Positions 45,362 to 55,790 of a stretch of DNA of 64,000 nt are shown one piece after another. The stretch comes from Planctomycetota bacterium (GTDB lineage Bacteria; Planctomycetota; PLA2). Made by a program: the position numbers and the translations under genes. The notes beneath the pieces are model-generated. The model saw only the letters and a list, made by a program, of their open reading frames with translations. It was not told the DNA's origin and searched no databases. Location: the NCBI GenBank assembly GCA_021776785.1, contig JAJFFF010000044.1, forward strand, positions 150,578 through 214,577, written 5' to 3'. Each line of letters starts with the position of its first letter. Position 1 is the first letter of the stretch.

Positions 45362-46664
45362 CGGCCACTTTGCACCAGTGCGCTTCGAGTTGATCGACGA
45401 TCGCGCGCACTTCGGTTTCGGTCGAGGGCGAAACCGTCTCGTTGTTCTCCGCTTGATAACGTTGAGCGACCAGTTGTTCGACGTGTTGCGCCGCGTCTTG
45501 GGCGAGGTCTTTGGAGATTCCCGCGCCTCGGAGCCGCTGCGCGAGTTCCGGTGCGATCACCGTTGCTTCTGGGCAACCCAGCCGGATCGCTAAGTACGCG
45601 ACAAACGTGTCCGCGAGTCGAGGCGCCGCGACACGCGCCGCCGCCGCGCGTGCATGCCCTTCGGCTTCGGAAAGCCGACTCAGATTTCGTCGGTGCAAGG
45701 CAAGCCACGCGCCCACACCCAAGAGACCGCCGAGTGACCAGTAGAGCGCGTCCCGGCGCGGTTTATCCGGCTCTGTCTCTTCGACTGACTCTTCAACGGG
45801 AGGCGCCGCAACATCGAGCGCGATGGCCGGCGCCGACGCCGACGCGTAGATGTTGTCCGGCGTTGCGAAGTAACTCAGCGACACCGCGGGTACGCTCGTG
45901 GTCCGTGCATCGACGCGCGCGACCTCAAAGCGAATCGTCCGCACGGGCGCGGCGCGATCATCAACGCTGCCGACTACGTGAAACCCCGCGAGCCGGAGCG
46001 TCGGCGTGGCGAACCGCGTGAGGTTGCCGCGCCCCACCACTGTCATCGTGAGCGTAAACGGCTCGTCCACAGCAGCGTTGCGTCGGTCTACGCTCGTCTC
46101 GATTGTGAACGCGCCGATCGCGCCGGTGAACGCAGGCGGACGCCCGACCGTCGGCAGTGGTGCGACAACCAATGTCAACGCCGCACCACGAACCGTCTCG
46201 TCGCGGCGGTCGAGTGGAATGCGTCCGGACATAAAATCGTCGCGAAACTTCGTCGCGTGCGCGTAGCGGAGAACCGGTCCGGCAAGCGTGTAGGTCCCGG
46301 CGCGACGCGCCACCAACTCGCAGTCTTGCTCCAAGACAACGCGGTCCGATCCGCCGCTGCGCGCCGCCACCACATCGTCGTTGAGCGCAAAACGGACGCC
46401 GTCCGATTCGATTCTCGGTAAGACGTCACCGGCAGCCCAACGCCGCCACCACGGCAGCGTCACATGGACCGGGAACGCCATCTCGGACTGGAAGAGCTGG
46501 ACGGCATGCTTCTCAAAGAACGCACGATCCAATTCGATGTGCAGCGTGACCAAGACGGGCTCGCCGACCACGACAGTGCGCGCCGGTCCGCCCAACGACA
46601 CCGCGGCCCGCTCCTGCGCCAACGCACCGAACGCCAACGCCAAAACCCACGCCAAGGTCCGCAT
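45354..46664 (-). CDS. batD: BatD-like protein
   Basis: 436 aa with a signal peptide, beta-rich N-terminal two-thirds, a TM segment (WSLGGLLGVGAWLAL) and a C-terminal helical tail. Its position after BatC fits. Confidence 0.65.
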   Translation of the reverse strand: MRTLAWVLALAFGALAQERAAVSLGGPARTVVVGEPVLVTLHIELDRAFFEKHAVQLFQSEMAFPVHVTLPWWRRWAAGDVLPRIESDGVRFALNDDVVAARSGGSDRVVLEQDCELVARRAGTYTLAGPVLRYAHATKFRDDFMSGRIPLDRRDETVRGAALTLVVAPLPTVGRPPAFTGAIGAFTIETSVDRRNAAVDEPFTLTMTVVGRGNLTRFATPTLRLAGFHVVGSVDDRAAPVRTIRFEVARVDARTTSVPAVSLSYFATPDNIYASASAPAIALDVAAPPVEESVEETEPDKPRRDALYWSLGGLLGVGAWLALHRRNLSRLSEAEGHARAAAARVAAPRLADTFVAYLAIRLGCPEATVIAPELAQRLRGAGISKDLAQDAAQHVEQLVAQRYQAENNETVSPSTETEVRAIVDQLEAHWCKVADA

Positions 46665-47368
46665 TACCAGTCGCGATCGACTTCCGCGCTACGGGCGCGC
46701 ATTCGTTTTTCACGCGTGACTCGCTTCTCGCGCTCTCTCGTCTCCAACCGATCCAACAGCTGCTTCACCTCGTCAGCCGTGAGCGATGTCTGAGGCAGCT
46801 TGTTTGTGGGTGCGGGCGCGTCCGTCTTGGACGGATCGGGCGGCGGTTTGCTCGCCGCGTCCTTGGGCTTGTCGGTCTTGGGTGGATCTTTCGCGCCCGG
46901 GTCTTGCCCCTTCGGGTTGGGACGCGGCGGGCGCCGGGTGCGATCCACCGCCGCTTTTTTCTTTTGCTCCAAGTCGTCGCGAAGGATGTGCGCGCGCGCG
47001 ATATTGCGCCGCAGCGCATCCGCGTGCGGACTCGCTTCGTCCGCCATCAACGCGCTTTGCCAATGCTGAAGCGCGGTCTCGACGTAACGAATCGCGACAT
47101 CGAAAACGAACGGCTCCGCCATCGGCGTGTCCGCCTGTTTCGCCGCCAGCCGCGCCTGTTCGAACACGGCGCAGCCGCGCAAGAAGTCGCAGCGCGCGCG
47201 GTCCGCACCGGCCCGCGCGGCTTGGGCCGCTGCCTGTTCGGCCTCACGCCACGCGCCGCGTTGCAGCGCCTCATAGCCGCGATTCCACATCTCAATCGCG
47301 GCCGAGTCGTCGCCGCATCCGCCCAAACAGGCCAACGGAATTAGAGCTAGGAGTAAGAGCCGCGCCAT
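46664..47368 (-). CDS. batC: BatC-like TPR lipoprotein with Lys/Pro-rich tail
   Basis: ORF 46664-47410 trimmed to ATG 47368 (MARLLLLALIPLACLGGCG). Confidence 0.6.
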   Translation of the reverse strand: MARLLLLALIPLACLGGCGDDSAAIEMWNRGYEALQRGAWREAEQAAAQAARAGADRARCDFLRGCAVFEQARLAAKQADTPMAEPFVFDVAIRYVETALQHWQSALMADEASPHADALRRNIARAHILRDDLEQKKKAAVDRTRRPPRPNPKGQDPGAKDPPKTDKPKDAASKPPPDPSKTDAPAPTNKLPQTSLTADEVKQLLDRLETREREKRVTREKRMRARSAEVDRDW

Positions 47369-48327
47369 AGGTCCATGATCCAGCAGAGAAACGCCAGCAG
47401 CAAGGGCCACTGGTATCGGTTTTCGCGCGCGCGCTTTTCGCGGGCCAGCATCGACTTGCGCGCCAGCGGCGCCAGCGCGTCGTCATAAAGCGCACGCAGC
47501 GTCGTGCCGTTCTTGTTCACGGTGCGGTAGGTGCCGTTGCCGGCGCGCGCAAGGTCCGTCAGCCCGCGCGTATCCAGGGCGGAGATCACGTCCTGGCCGG
47601 CCCGGTCGCGTAGATAGGATTCGTGACGACCGCCGCGCATCGGAATCTTGGCGCCGCGCACGGAACCGACGCCGACCGCGTGAACGGAAATCCCACGCGC
47701 GCTCAGAGTTTGCGCCGCGAGCGCGCCCCGTCCGCCGTGATCCTCTCCGTCGGTCAACAACACAATCGACTCATGCTCTCCGGTCGCATTCGTGAGCGCT
47801 TGCCCCGCGCGCTCGAGCGCGGCACTCAAGTCCGTACCGCCGGTTTCCACACTCAACGGGCTGGCACTCGCGAGCAGCTGCCGCATCGACGCGCGATCGC
47901 GCGTGAGCGGCGCGATGAGGCGCGCGTCCCCGGCAAACACGACGAGGCCAAAGCGATCGCCGGGCGCGCGCTCCAAGAGATCCGTGATCTCGCGCTTGGC
48001 CGCTTCCAATCGATGCGGCGCGGCGTCGCGGGCGAACATCGAGTTCGACACGTCGAGACAAAACAAGATGTCGATCCCGCGCTCCTCGACGCGCCGCGTG
48101 GTCTCGGCGCCAAGCGGCTGCAACAACGCGATCAACGCGAGGCCGGTGCCCGCGCCGAACCACGCCCAGCCGCCGCGCCGACGCGGTGCAAGCTGATCCC
48201 ACCGGCGCCCCAACGTCGCACGCAAACGACGAAGGCGACGGCGACGCAGCGTCATCAGCAGCACGCAAACGACGATCGCCAAACCGAGGATCGGCCACGC
48301 GGCCGGGTGCAGGAACCATGCGCTCAC
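47347..48327 (-). CDS. batB: BatB-like von Willebrand factor A membrane protein
   Basis: ORF 47347-48639 trimmed to GTG 48327, which forms a GTGA overlap with the batA stop. N-terminal TM segments and MIDAS motif DVSNSM. Confidence 0.8.
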   Translation of the reverse strand: MSAWFLHPAAWPILGLAIVVCVLLMTLRRRRLRRLRATLGRRWDQLAPRRRGGWAWFGAGTGLALIALLQPLGAETTRRVEERGIDILFCLDVSNSMFARDAAPHRLEAAKREITDLLERAPGDRFGLVVFAGDARLIAPLTRDRASMRQLLASASPLSVETGGTDLSAALERAGQALTNATGEHESIVLLTDGEDHGGRGALAAQTLSARGISVHAVGVGSVRGAKIPMRGGRHESYLRDRAGQDVISALDTRGLTDLARAGNGTYRTVNKNGTTLRALYDDALAPLARKSMLAREKRARENRYQWPLLLAFLCWIMDLWRGSYS

Positions 48328-49301
48328 GGCGACACCGCCCAAACCGTGGCACCGAGCAGCCGCCCCACGACCAGCAGCGCGAGAGCGATGACTAGGACCC
48401 ACACGAACTTCTCCACCATTTCGTAGCGGGGTTCGGCGAACGACACCGTCTCGAGCGCGTCGATCTCTTTGTAAACTCCGGCGACCGCGTCGGCCGCTTG
48501 CGCCGCAAAAAACCGACCGCCGGTACCGCTCGCGAGCGCGCGCAGCGACGTCGTGTCGAGCTCGGTCCATGCGCCCGACGAATTTCGCCGTCCGCGCCCG
48601 ACCGCGATCGAGTACACACGCACCCCGAGCGATTGGCACAACTGCGCCGCGTGCGCCGGGGCAATCTCATCCGGTTTGCCGGCACCCGCGACGTTCTCTT
48701 CGCCATCGGTCAGCAGGATCGCGACGCGCGACTTCGCGCCCGACGCCAACACCGTTGCCACGCGCGCAGCCGCCGCACCGAGCCCGGTCGCATCTTCCGG
48801 GCCGTCCGCCGCAACCAGATCAATGTCGCGCAGAAATGCCAGGACTGCGGTGTGATCCAACGTCGGCGGACAGATCACATCGGCATAGCGAGCGAACGTC
48901 ATGACGCCGATGCGATCCCTCTTTCGCCCCGCCACAAACGACGCGGCGGCGTCCTTGGCGATCTCGAGCCGTGTGCGGGCGCCATCCAAATCGCGCATCG
49001 CCATCGAAGACGACACGTCCATACAGATCAAAACATCGATGCCGTCGGTCGCGTGCGGCAACGGCATGCGCTCCACAGGGCGCGCAAGAGCCACGACCAC
49101 CAACGCGAGTCCGACACTTTGGAAGCACGCCGGCCCGAGCCGCGTTCGCGTCCGCCACGAGCGCGCCCAACCAGAAGCGTTCATCACCGACGACGCGGAG
49201 AACGTCACTCCGCCCCTTCGCCGCCACGCGACAAACGCGGCGAAAGGCATGAGCAAAAGCAGCGCGAACCACGCGGGCTGAGAGAACTGAATGCCGCTCA
49301 C
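48324..49301 (-). CDS. batA: BatA-like von Willebrand factor A membrane protein
   Basis: 325 aa with N- and C-terminal TM segments and MIDAS motif DVSSSM. Confidence 0.85.
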   Translation of the reverse strand: MSGIQFSQPAWFALLLLMPFAAFVAWRRRGGVTFSASSVMNASGWARSWRTRTRLGPACFQSVGLALVVVALARPVERMPLPHATDGIDVLICMDVSSSMAMRDLDGARTRLEIAKDAAASFVAGRKRDRIGVMTFARYADVICPPTLDHTAVLAFLRDIDLVAADGPEDATGLGAAAARVATVLASGAKSRVAILLTDGEENVAGAGKPDEIAPAHAAQLCQSLGVRVYSIAVGRGRRNSSGAWTELDTTSLRALASGTGGRFFAAQAADAVAGVYKEIDALETVSFAEPRYEMVEKFVWVLVIALALLVVGRLLGATVWAVSP

Positions 49302-50191
49302 GCGCTCGCTCCACGCACAAACGACTCAGCCGCGTCCAAGGTTTGCGTGCGCGCTTGCTCCGACGGTGCGAACTCCGCGAACTTCACCAGGTCGCAATCT
49401 CGAAGCACACGCCCCAGCGAATCGCGCTCTCCCTGCCGCCAGATCGCGCGCACTTCTTCCGACGTGAGTTCGGGAACGATGCGTCGGTCGACGGTCCCCG
49501 CCAGGGCGCGCGTGACCTGCGCCAACGCTTGATAAAACGTCTGGCGCGCGGCGTCATCGCGCGGATCCTCGGCGCGCAGGGATGCCAGCGCGGCGAGGGC
49601 GCGCTCGGTGGCGGTAGGCTCGTCGAGCACGGGAACGGCGGGAGCGGGCGACGATTCGTCCCGGCGGCGACGACGCGCCACCCACACGACCGCCGCCAGG
49701 GCCGCCAGCACGCCGAGCACCCACCGCCACGCGTGACGCGGCCGCCACGGACCGGGCGGTCGCTCCACGTCACCGGGCTGGTCGGGATCGAGCGCGGCCC
49801 GCACCCGCAACCGCGTCTCCGCCGTTTCAGCTTCGATGATTGGACCGCCACCGCGCGGCTGCGCACGCATCAGGAGCGGAGCGATGACGACATCGCCGGC
49901 TGCAAACGCAAACGCGCGATAGCGCCGCGTCTCTTCTATGCGCTCGTCATCCTCGCGCGTCGATGCATCGAGCAACCGCAGCGCAAGCGGCGCCAACGCA
50001 GCGTCGCTCCATACCGACGGCACGAGGTCGCGGCGCCACGTGCGGGTCACGGTTAAATCGAACCCGCCGCCGTACGCAACGTCGGTTTCCGTCACGTCGA
50101 TCGAAACATCGAGGTCACGCGCGGCGATATCGCTGCGACCGCACGCCGCGCAAAATACGATCAGCCACGCGATGCGCCGCATCCAAATCAC
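49298..50191 (-). CDS. DUF4381-like membrane lipoprotein of Bat operons
   Basis: 297 aa. Lipobox LIVFCAACG, central TM segment WRWVLGVLAALAAVVWV, C-terminal DLVKFA motif region. Confidence 0.55.
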   Translation of the reverse strand: MIWMRRIAWLIVFCAACGRSDIAARDLDVSIDVTETDVAYGGGFDLTVTRTWRRDLVPSVWSDAALAPLALRLLDASTREDDERIEETRRYRAFAFAAGDVVIAPLLMRAQPRGGGPIIEAETAETRLRVRAALDPDQPGDVERPPGPWRPRHAWRWVLGVLAALAAVVWVARRRRRDESSPAPAVPVLDEPTATERALAALASLRAEDPRDDAARQTFYQALAQVTRALAGTVDRRIVPELTSEEVRAIWRQGERDSLGRVLRDCDLVKFAEFAPSEQARTQTLDAAESFVRGASA

Positions 50192-50481
50192 GCGCGCTCA
50201 AGAACGATGTATTGTTTGCGCTGAAACAACGCTTTGAACAGGGCGTTCCACGGCTTCGCTCCCGGGCGGCACGTGAATTCGATCCGCTCTCCGACATACG
50301 CAAACGGAAGCGACGGGCTTTTGCACCAATCGATCGCAAGCTCCAGCGTGTGGTCGCCCATCTCCGGTTCGTACTCAAACGTCTGGTTGCGCTTGATGCG
50401 ACCGATCTCACGGCCGTCGAGCAGGACCTTGTACTTGCGGGCGCTATCCACGAATCCTTTGCCGCGTACGAGTCGAATCAT
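50188..50481 (-). CDS. Small hypothetical protein (97 aa) inserted between DUF58 and the DUF4381-like gene
   Basis: 4-nt overlaps at both ends. Protein-like composition. No family recognised. Confidence 0.5.
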   Translation of the reverse strand: MIRLVRGKGFVDSARKYKVLLDGREIGRIKRNQTFEYEPEMGDHTLELAIDWCKSPSLPFAYVGERIEFTCRPGAKPWNALFKALFQRKQYIVLERA

Positions 50482-51395
50482 CGTTTAGCTCCTCGCCGTT
50501 GGCGCATTCGAAAAAACCGCAGAATGGGTCGCGCAATCATGTCTGGATCGCGCTCGAAGGTAAGCGGCACATCCAGTAGGTCCACGCCCGCGCGGTGCAA
50601 CTCATCGGCGACCATGGCGTCATGGGCGACGGTGCGCGCTTCGTAGTCCTGGCGGACGCGCGGATGCGACCAATCGACGACATCGAGTCGGCCGGATTCG
50701 GGGTCGCGAACGCGCATCATGCCCGAGCTCGGCGCACGACGTTCCGGTGGCCTGAGGCGCACAGCGATCAAGTCGTGGCGGCGCCCGCAGAGACGAATCG
50801 GTTGCCGCCAATCGTCGCCTAAGAAATCGGAAATCAAGAACAGGACGGCGCGCTTGCGGATCACGCGCGCCGCGAACTCCAGCGCAGGCGCAAACGCCGT
50901 GCTCGGCCCGCCGCGTAGTGCCAAACTATCGCGCACAATTCGCAGCGCGTGCCCGACACCTTTTTTCGGCGGCACATACTTGTGCACGTCGTCGCTAAAC
51001 GCGATCAGTCCGACCTTGTCGTTGTTGCGAATCGCACTCAGAGCTAAGCAGCCGCAAACGCGCGCCGCGGTCTGGCGCATCGACCAGTGCCCAAACCCGC
51101 CTTCCATCGACGCGCTCAGGTCGAGCGCGAATACGACCGTTAACTCGCGTTCATCGACGTACTTCTTCACGAACGGGCGCCCGACGCGCGCCGTGACGTT
51201 CCAATCGACGAGACGCGGATCGTCCCCGTCGACATACTCGCGCACGCCGTCGAACTCGATTCCCGACCCCTTAAACACCGAGTTGTACCCACCCGCCATC
51301 ATCTCGGTCACGAGGCGGCGACTGAGCACTTCGATGCGTCGAACCTCCTCGAGGAGTTCCTGCAGCTCCAGCCGGGAATCGGCGGCGGCTTGCAT
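50478..51395 (-). CDS. DUF58 protein (VWA-like, MoxR partner)
   Basis: 305 aa. GIEFDGVREYVDGDDPRLVDWNVTAR and LDLSASM motifs. Confidence 0.85.
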   Translation of the reverse strand: MQAAADSRLELQELLEEVRRIEVLSRRLVTEMMAGGYNSVFKGSGIEFDGVREYVDGDDPRLVDWNVTARVGRPFVKKYVDERELTVVFALDLSASMEGGFGHWSMRQTAARVCGCLALSAIRNNDKVGLIAFSDDVHKYVPPKKGVGHALRIVRDSLALRGGPSTAFAPALEFAARVIRKRAVLFLISDFLGDDWRQPIRLCGRRHDLIAVRLRPPERRAPSSGMMRVRDPESGRLDVVDWSHPRVRQDYEARTVAHDAMVADELHRAGVDLLDVPLTFERDPDMIARPILRFFRMRQRRGAKR

Positions 51396-52384
51396 TAGGG
51401 GACCGGCACCGTGTCGAGCACGCGGCGAATCACGTCAACGGACGTGATGCCCTCGGCTTCGGCTTCAAACGTCGTGATCACGCGGTGCTGCAGCACAGAC
51501 ATCGCGACGGACTTCAGATCGTGCGGCGTAACGAACCCGCGCCCTTCCAAAAAGGCGCGCGCGCGAGCCGCTTGCGTGAGCGCGATCGACGCGCGCGGCG
51601 AGGCGCCATACAAAATGAGCGGCGCGAGATCGGCAAGTCCCGCCGCCGCGGGCTCGCGCGTCGCAAACGTGAGATCCACCAAGTACGTCAGCACTTTTTC
51701 GTCGACGTAAATTTCATCGAGTAACCGGCGTGCAGACAGAATCTTTTCGGTGCTCGACACTTGCTTCACACCGTCATGCCCTGTCGTGCGCGCCATGCGC
51801 TCGACAATCTGGCGCTCCTCCTCACGCGTCGGATAGTCGACGGTGACCTTCAACATGAACCGGTCAACCTGCGCTTCCGGCAGCGGATACGTGCCTTCCT
51901 GCTCGACCGGATTCTGCGTGGCCAACACGAGAAACGGCGACGGAAGCGTCCGCGTCTCTCCGGCCAGAGTGACCTGGCGCTCCTGCATCGCTTCGAGCAA
52001 CGCGGACTGAACCTTGGCAGGAGCGCGGTTGATCTCGTCCGCAAGCACGAAATTACCAAAGACAGGCCCCTGTCGAATGCTCCAGTCCCCGGTTTTCGGG
52101 TCGTAAACCTGGGTCCCGACGAGGTCCGACGGCAAGAGGTCGGGCGTGAACTGGATGCGCCGGAACACACCGCCCATGGCGCCGGCCATCGACTCCACGG
52201 CCAGCGATTTCGCCAGCCCGGGTACGCCCTCGATCAACACGTGCCCGTTCGCGAGCAGGCCGATGAGCATGCCGTCGAGCAACGTGCGCTGCCCTACGAT
52301 CACACGCTGCACCTCGCCGACAACGTCGCGCAGGAACTCGCTCTCCCGCTCTACGCGCGCGGTGATGGCCGATACGTCTGTCAA
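51395..52384 (-). CDS. moxR: MoxR-family AAA+ ATPase
   Basis: 329 aa. Walker A GVPGLAKS, Walker B VLADEINRA, and RIQFTPDLLPSDLVGT. Confidence 0.9.
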   Translation of the reverse strand: MTDVSAITARVERESEFLRDVVGEVQRVIVGQRTLLDGMLIGLLANGHVLIEGVPGLAKSLAVESMAGAMGGVFRRIQFTPDLLPSDLVGTQVYDPKTGDWSIRQGPVFGNFVLADEINRAPAKVQSALLEAMQERQVTLAGETRTLPSPFLVLATQNPVEQEGTYPLPEAQVDRFMLKVTVDYPTREEERQIVERMARTTGHDGVKQVSSTEKILSARRLLDEIYVDEKVLTYLVDLTFATREPAAAGLADLAPLILYGASPRASIALTQAARARAFLEGRGFVTPHDLKSVAMSVLQHRVITTFEAEAEGITSVDVIRRVLDTVPVP

Positions 52385-52419
52385 AACTACCTCTCGTCGG
52401 CGTTACGTGGCCTGCTTGA

Positions 52420-54615
52420 TCATCGGCCCCGGCGGTCCCCATCGGGACGCGGCGGGCTGATGCCGATGTCGGGCCGCAACAGTTTGGGATCGATGGTGGC
52501 GAGCGCCGCGTCGAGCCTTCTGACGCCCTCTTCGTCGTTGTTTTTCTTCAGCCGTGCGCGCAACATCTGCGCCGTTTCGCCCGGCGTGAATCCAGGCCCG
52601 TCGCGCGTTCCGGCCGCCATCGGATCGCGTTTGAACGACGCCACGATGGCATCCAACGCGGCCGTGTTATCCCCCGCCTGATAATGCACGCGCGCGCTAC
52701 CGGCGAGCGCCAGCGCGATGGGAGCGTCGAACCGATCCTCGACTTTGGGGAACTTCGCGACGACCTGCTCAAAGTAGGCGATCGCGCGCGCATACGACGC
52801 GATCGCACGATCCCAACGCTGCACCTTGCGATGTTGCTCCGCCGCGAGTACGGACGCTTCGCCGGCGAACGACGCGACGCGCGCGGGCTCGGGCTGATCG
52901 CCTAAGAACCGTTTGTACGCTTCTTCCAGCGTGTTGGCCCCCGCCCACCGCAGAAGGCGATCGCGGTAGAGTTTGTGCAACGCGGCCGAGGCCGGAAAGC
53001 GCCGGAGCCCCGCGCGCAACACGGACGAAGCTCGATGGCGAATGCCCATCCAGTCCAAAAAATCGTAGTGCCACACGACCTGACGGTCGGTGCCCAGCGG
53101 ATGACGCAGGAGCAGTTTGTACGCGGCGTGCAGATCACTCAACCACACCGGCGGCCACGGCTCGTTTGCCTTGACGGCCGCCTTGATCGAACGAAAGCGC
53201 CCTTCCGCAAAAATGGTCACGACGGCCATCGACGCCCACCCGGAATCTCCGGGCGGAACGTCCGGAACCGCTTTCGCCGCGCGTTCGTAGGCGAGTTTTT
53301 TATCGCCGCCGCCGTAGTACAGCGCGAGCGCGATCACAGCGTGGACGCGCCAACCCTTCTCGCCCAACTTCTCCGCTTCCAAGGCATACGTTTGCGCATC
53401 GCGATAGAGGTGCCGTGCGGCCAACCGCGCCATCCGCGGGTTTGATGCGTACGTCTTCGGCGCCGCCAAAGCGAGCGCGAGTGTGGCCTCGGCCAACTCC
53501 AAACGGCTTTTTGGATCCTCCGGTCGTTCGGCAACCGCGCGCGCTTTGTTTTCGACGCTCGTGATCGCGCCCGCCGCCGCGTAGCGCCCGCCGCCACCGG
53601 CAGCCGTTCGCATCGCGCCGCGCGGCTCCGCCCATCCGGAAAGCTTGACCGACTTCGACTCACCGCCGAGCCCCTTGTGCACGCCGGCCAACCAGCGCGC
53701 GAGCGGCGACTTGCCGCCCATGCGTTCCAACGCCGCAATCAACGCGGTGCGTTGCTGATCTTCCATCGGCACGCGCAACGCGTCGGAAACGAGGCTCGTC
53801 GCCGCGGCGTCGTTGGTTTTAGCCAACGCTTCACGCGCGCTCTTCGACAGCTCCAGATCAAGCCCGAAGATCGCCATGCGCAAGAGATCCAGCTGTCCCT
53901 TCTCCGCATGACGCTTGGCCGCATCGAGGATCGCTTGCCGTTGCGCCTGGTCGCCCTCGCGGTACGCCTTCTCGACGACGTTACGATCGCGCACGTCTTG
54001 ACTGCCGACGCGTTCCAGAAGCGGCCGGTCACCGCGCACAAGATTCGGCCGCGCTTCGTCGGCAGGCTTCTTGTCACGAACGTCCGCAAACACAGAATGC
54101 GTGTCGTTGCGGTAGTACACGTCGTAGACCTCTTTGCCGTTGAGGTCGATGCAGATGTGCCGTGGAGCGACCCGCTGCCCATCCATGTACTTTTCAAACA
54201 GCGGCGGCTCGATGCTGATGTGCTCACCGCACGTCACGCCTCCAAAGCGCGGACACGGAATGCGCCGCCCTTGGTCGTCGAAGTCGCGCGGCGTATGGCG
54301 ATAGGTCGAAGCAATAACGGTGACGTAGGGCTCGTACAGCTTCGCGATGTCGGCCTCGCGATAGCGGACGCCGGCGTAGTGCTCACTCGCGATCTCACCA
54401 TCCATGTTGATGCAGATCAGGATCGGCTTGCCCGTTTTTTTGGAAACGGCGAGCGCGTCGGCCCAGGTCCGCTGCCATGTGATGAGGCACGGTTTCGCCC
54501 AGTCGTTTGCCGTCGGCGCAGGCCACATCTGCTCGCGCCCGACGCCAGGCCCTTCCTTGGTCCCCTGCGCAAAAGCAAGGGTGGCGAATGTAGTGATCAG
54601 GATGAGGCGGCGCAT
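52420..54615 (-). CDS. Secreted thioredoxin-fold (Thioredoxin_7/DUF255-like) protein with long helical-repeat C-terminus
   Basis: ORF 52420-54762 trimmed to ATG 54615 (MRRLILITTFATLAFAQG). N-terminal WQRTWADALAVSKKTGKPILICINMDGEIASEHY. The remainder is TPR/HEAT-like. Confidence 0.55.
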   Translation of the reverse strand: MRRLILITTFATLAFAQGTKEGPGVGREQMWPAPTANDWAKPCLITWQRTWADALAVSKKTGKPILICINMDGEIASEHYAGVRYREADIAKLYEPYVTVIASTYRHTPRDFDDQGRRIPCPRFGGVTCGEHISIEPPLFEKYMDGQRVAPRHICIDLNGKEVYDVYYRNDTHSVFADVRDKKPADEARPNLVRGDRPLLERVGSQDVRDRNVVEKAYREGDQAQRQAILDAAKRHAEKGQLDLLRMAIFGLDLELSKSAREALAKTNDAAATSLVSDALRVPMEDQQRTALIAALERMGGKSPLARWLAGVHKGLGGESKSVKLSGWAEPRGAMRTAAGGGGRYAAAGAITSVENKARAVAERPEDPKSRLELAEATLALALAAPKTYASNPRMARLAARHLYRDAQTYALEAEKLGEKGWRVHAVIALALYYGGGDKKLAYERAAKAVPDVPPGDSGWASMAVVTIFAEGRFRSIKAAVKANEPWPPVWLSDLHAAYKLLLRHPLGTDRQVVWHYDFLDWMGIRHRASSVLRAGLRRFPASAALHKLYRDRLLRWAGANTLEEAYKRFLGDQPEPARVASFAGEASVLAAEQHRKVQRWDRAIASYARAIAYFEQVVAKFPKVEDRFDAPIALALAGSARVHYQAGDNTAALDAIVASFKRDPMAAGTRDGPGFTPGETAQMLRARLKKNNDEEGVRRLDAALATIDPKLLRPDIGISPPRPDGDRRGR

Positions 54616-54797
54616 ACAAACGACTCCCAGCGCTCGCTGCGGCGTTGGACGTCTGGTTCCGCGGCCGAGGCAAAGGCTGAGGGGACTGTAAGGGGTGCTC
54701 TGCGCAGCGTCAACGCGGGCCGCTCCCCGGGTGGGCCGGCCACGGCGAAATTTCGTCGACAAAGCTTTGACAAACGCCCGGAGCGCTGGGGACTACG

Positions 54798-55790
54798 ATG
54801 CGGCGCATGCTGACTCGCACGGCCACCTCGTTCCTGCTCGCCGCTGTCGCTTCGATGGGCGCCATCATCCAGGTGCACGTGCCTGAAGAAGTCGCGCCCC
54901 ACGCGTCCCACGTCGTACTTGCGCGACTGGACATCCAAACCAAGACGGCGACGATTTTGCGGGAGCTCCGTGGCCGGACCGGCGCTAAAAAAATAACGAT
55001 CGAAAACCTCGGCGACACGCCCCTGGTGGGACTTCCCAACGGCCCCATCGAAGCGTGGCTGTTCCTCGACCGCACCGATCATCGATACTTCCTTGTGCGC
55101 CGCAGTTCGCCGCTCTGGATCCTGCCGCATAGCTCGATTTTTTACCGCCACAAACAGCATGCGTGCACATGGCATCAACCGACCAACCCGGGGCCCTTGC
55201 AACTGAGCGCGCGTTGGACCGAGGCGGAGTTCGAAAAGCTGCTCCGGACTTGGTTGAAGGCTCCACAAGCGAAACGGCCGTTCCGCCCCAATCTCCCGGA
55301 GGCCGACGCCGACCGTTTCTACGCGGCCATCAAGCCGTTCGTAGACTTCCATGGGCGACGCATCGCCGTCGAACCGCACAACGCCGACGAGCTATTAGCG
55401 GGCTTGCGTAAGTTTGCAGGCGCGTCCAAAGGCGAAGCGCTGCGACGCGCCGTCGAAGTGCACCTCATCTTGGCTAACACGAAAACGCCGCAGGGCAGTC
55501 TCGCACTCGAGCGCGTCGCAGCCGTCGAGCGTTCCTTGGCGGAACTTCTGCGCCACGTTCCGCGCGAGCTCGCGATCGCTACGCTTCTCGACGAACTCCG
55601 CGCGACCGACGTTCAGGCCGGCAAAGCCGCGGCCGCGCACGCGTTGCGCGGCTACCCCAAGGCACTTCCGGAGGCCAAAAAGATCTTGGTGGGACACATT
55701 CGCAAAGGATCCACGTTGGGTTCGCGCTCCTATTGGGCGCTGCGGCGGATGGGCTTTCGCAAGGAAGCCGACGAGGCCAACGAGCGGTAA
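54798..55790 (+). CDS. Secreted hypothetical protein
   Basis: 330 aa with signal peptide MRRMLTRTATSFLLAAVASMGA. The C-terminal third is helical (HEAT-like). Confidence 0.5.
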   Translation: MRRMLTRTATSFLLAAVASMGAIIQVHVPEEVAPHASHVVLARLDIQTKTATILRELRGRTGAKKITIENLGDTPLVGLPNGPIEAWLFLDRTDHRYFLVRRSSPLWILPHSSIFYRHKQHACTWHQPTNPGPLQLSARWTEAEFEKLLRTWLKAPQAKRPFRPNLPEADADRFYAAIKPFVDFHGRRIAVEPHNADELLAGLRKFAGASKGEALRRAVEVHLILANTKTPQGSLALERVAAVERSLAELLRHVPRELAIATLLDELRATDVQAGKAAAAHALRGYPKALPEAKKILVGHIRKGSTLGSRSYWALRRMGFRKEADEANER

